A stretch of DNA of 63,536 nucleotides, counting the filler, from Octopus bimaculoides (taxonomy: Eukaryota): assembly GCF_001194135.2 (NCBI RefSeq). It is 7 parts of 6 records of this genome, joined end to end, with 100 filler letters (N's around TTAATTAATTAA, not from the genome) between each part and the next. Parts side by side here need not be neighbours in the genome. Positions count along the whole stretch, not along the records: positions 62,143 to 63,536 come from NC_068989.1; 6 more parts are not named here. One strand, 5' to 3'. The position numbers and the translations under genes are program-made. Shown here piece by piece: positions 62,668 to 63,536 of the stretch (within the stretch, counting starts at the first letter, position 1; every line of letters begins with the position of its first letter). The notes under the pieces were generated by a model. It had not been told where the DNA came from and ran no database searches. It worked only from the letters and a program-made list of their open reading frames with translations.

Positions 62668-63463
62668 TAATTGGCTGATGACAGGATCGCTAAAGATTCA
62701 GACGAAATAGCTTGTGTTCGTTAATCCGGCTCTTTACTTCGTGAGTTTAAATCTCGCCAAGATAAATTGCGCCAACAATCCCAAGAAAAACTAACATAGT
62801 TATAGACCTTGATATTCGTTTCACTTATATTTTCCCATCAAAAATCTTCAGGACACCAGTGATAAGAAATGAACTCAATGCGTTCTTAAACAGCCAATAT
62901 TTCATCTTGTTCTTGTGATTTTTATCTATTTAACTATGTTCTCACTTATGTTGGCAACACGCCGTTGAAATATAACCGAACATTTCTAGCTACATTCAAG
63001 GTAATTCTTTATCGCGCTCACAAAATGAAAAAAAGGGAAAAGAAATATATAAAAAAAAATTGCACTTTTATTAATGATGAAAATAATGAGAACTCACTTG
63101 CGATTCAATTGAAAGAATCTGTAGCAAAGGAAAGAAGCGACCACATTGGCAGAATTCAGCATTATGTAGATATTATAGCAAAATTCGTTTTTTTTTTTCC
63201 TTTCTTCTTTTTTGTTTCGTTTCAGTTTTTGGGGGATTTTTTTTTTTTCGCACTTTTGTATTTTCTGATGTTTTCTTGATAGATATCATCGAATTCACCA
63301 GCATGAAAATAGTAGTAAGAAAGATTTGAATGTTAGCATTAAGGTATATATGGCAATATATGTAGAATAAAAATGCAATCACACGTATTTTTCTATTTAT
63401 TTATGCACTTGTTATGTGTGTCTGTGCATCTAGGTACGTATAGATGTATGCGTGTATGACTGT

Positions 63464-63536
<73 letters not shown>

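Overview
Eukaryotic, AT-rich, gap-riddled genomic DNA dominated by microsatellites and transposon debris. The SINE families and LINE peptides look like those of a coleoid cephalopod (Octopus-like); this is recognition, not a database result. No intact host protein-coding gene could be supported, and most ORF-track entries are microsatellite or N-gap artefacts. Supported content: (1) dozens of tRNA-derived SINE copies in at least three groups (working names A, B and CORE-like C/D/E); (2) three pieces of a Tx1/L1-type LINE, including one copy with a CCHC-knuckle ORF1 and a large internal ORF2 deletion; (3) CR1/L2-type LINE 3' fragments, one of them tandemly triplicated; (4) a decayed DD34D mariner and an internally deleted rosa/DD41D-like Tc1/mariner; (5) a ~200-bp foldback MITE, a Helitron-like 3' end and a tRNA-Glu pseudogene; (6) six TTAATTAATTAA assembly linkers. 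The most interesting signal is a set of minimal type-I hammerhead-ribozyme folds of the Penelope-associated kind. One (4263-4308) lies just downstream of a tRNA-derived SINE head, suggesting a Pol III SINE carrying a self-cleaving ribozyme. Two near-identical copies of a second family (29284-29320, 57727-57763) carry a CUGUUGA core variant, and there is a degenerate relic at ~47881-47900. SINE/LINE 3'-tail sharing with a covarying hairpin is also visible inside the window.
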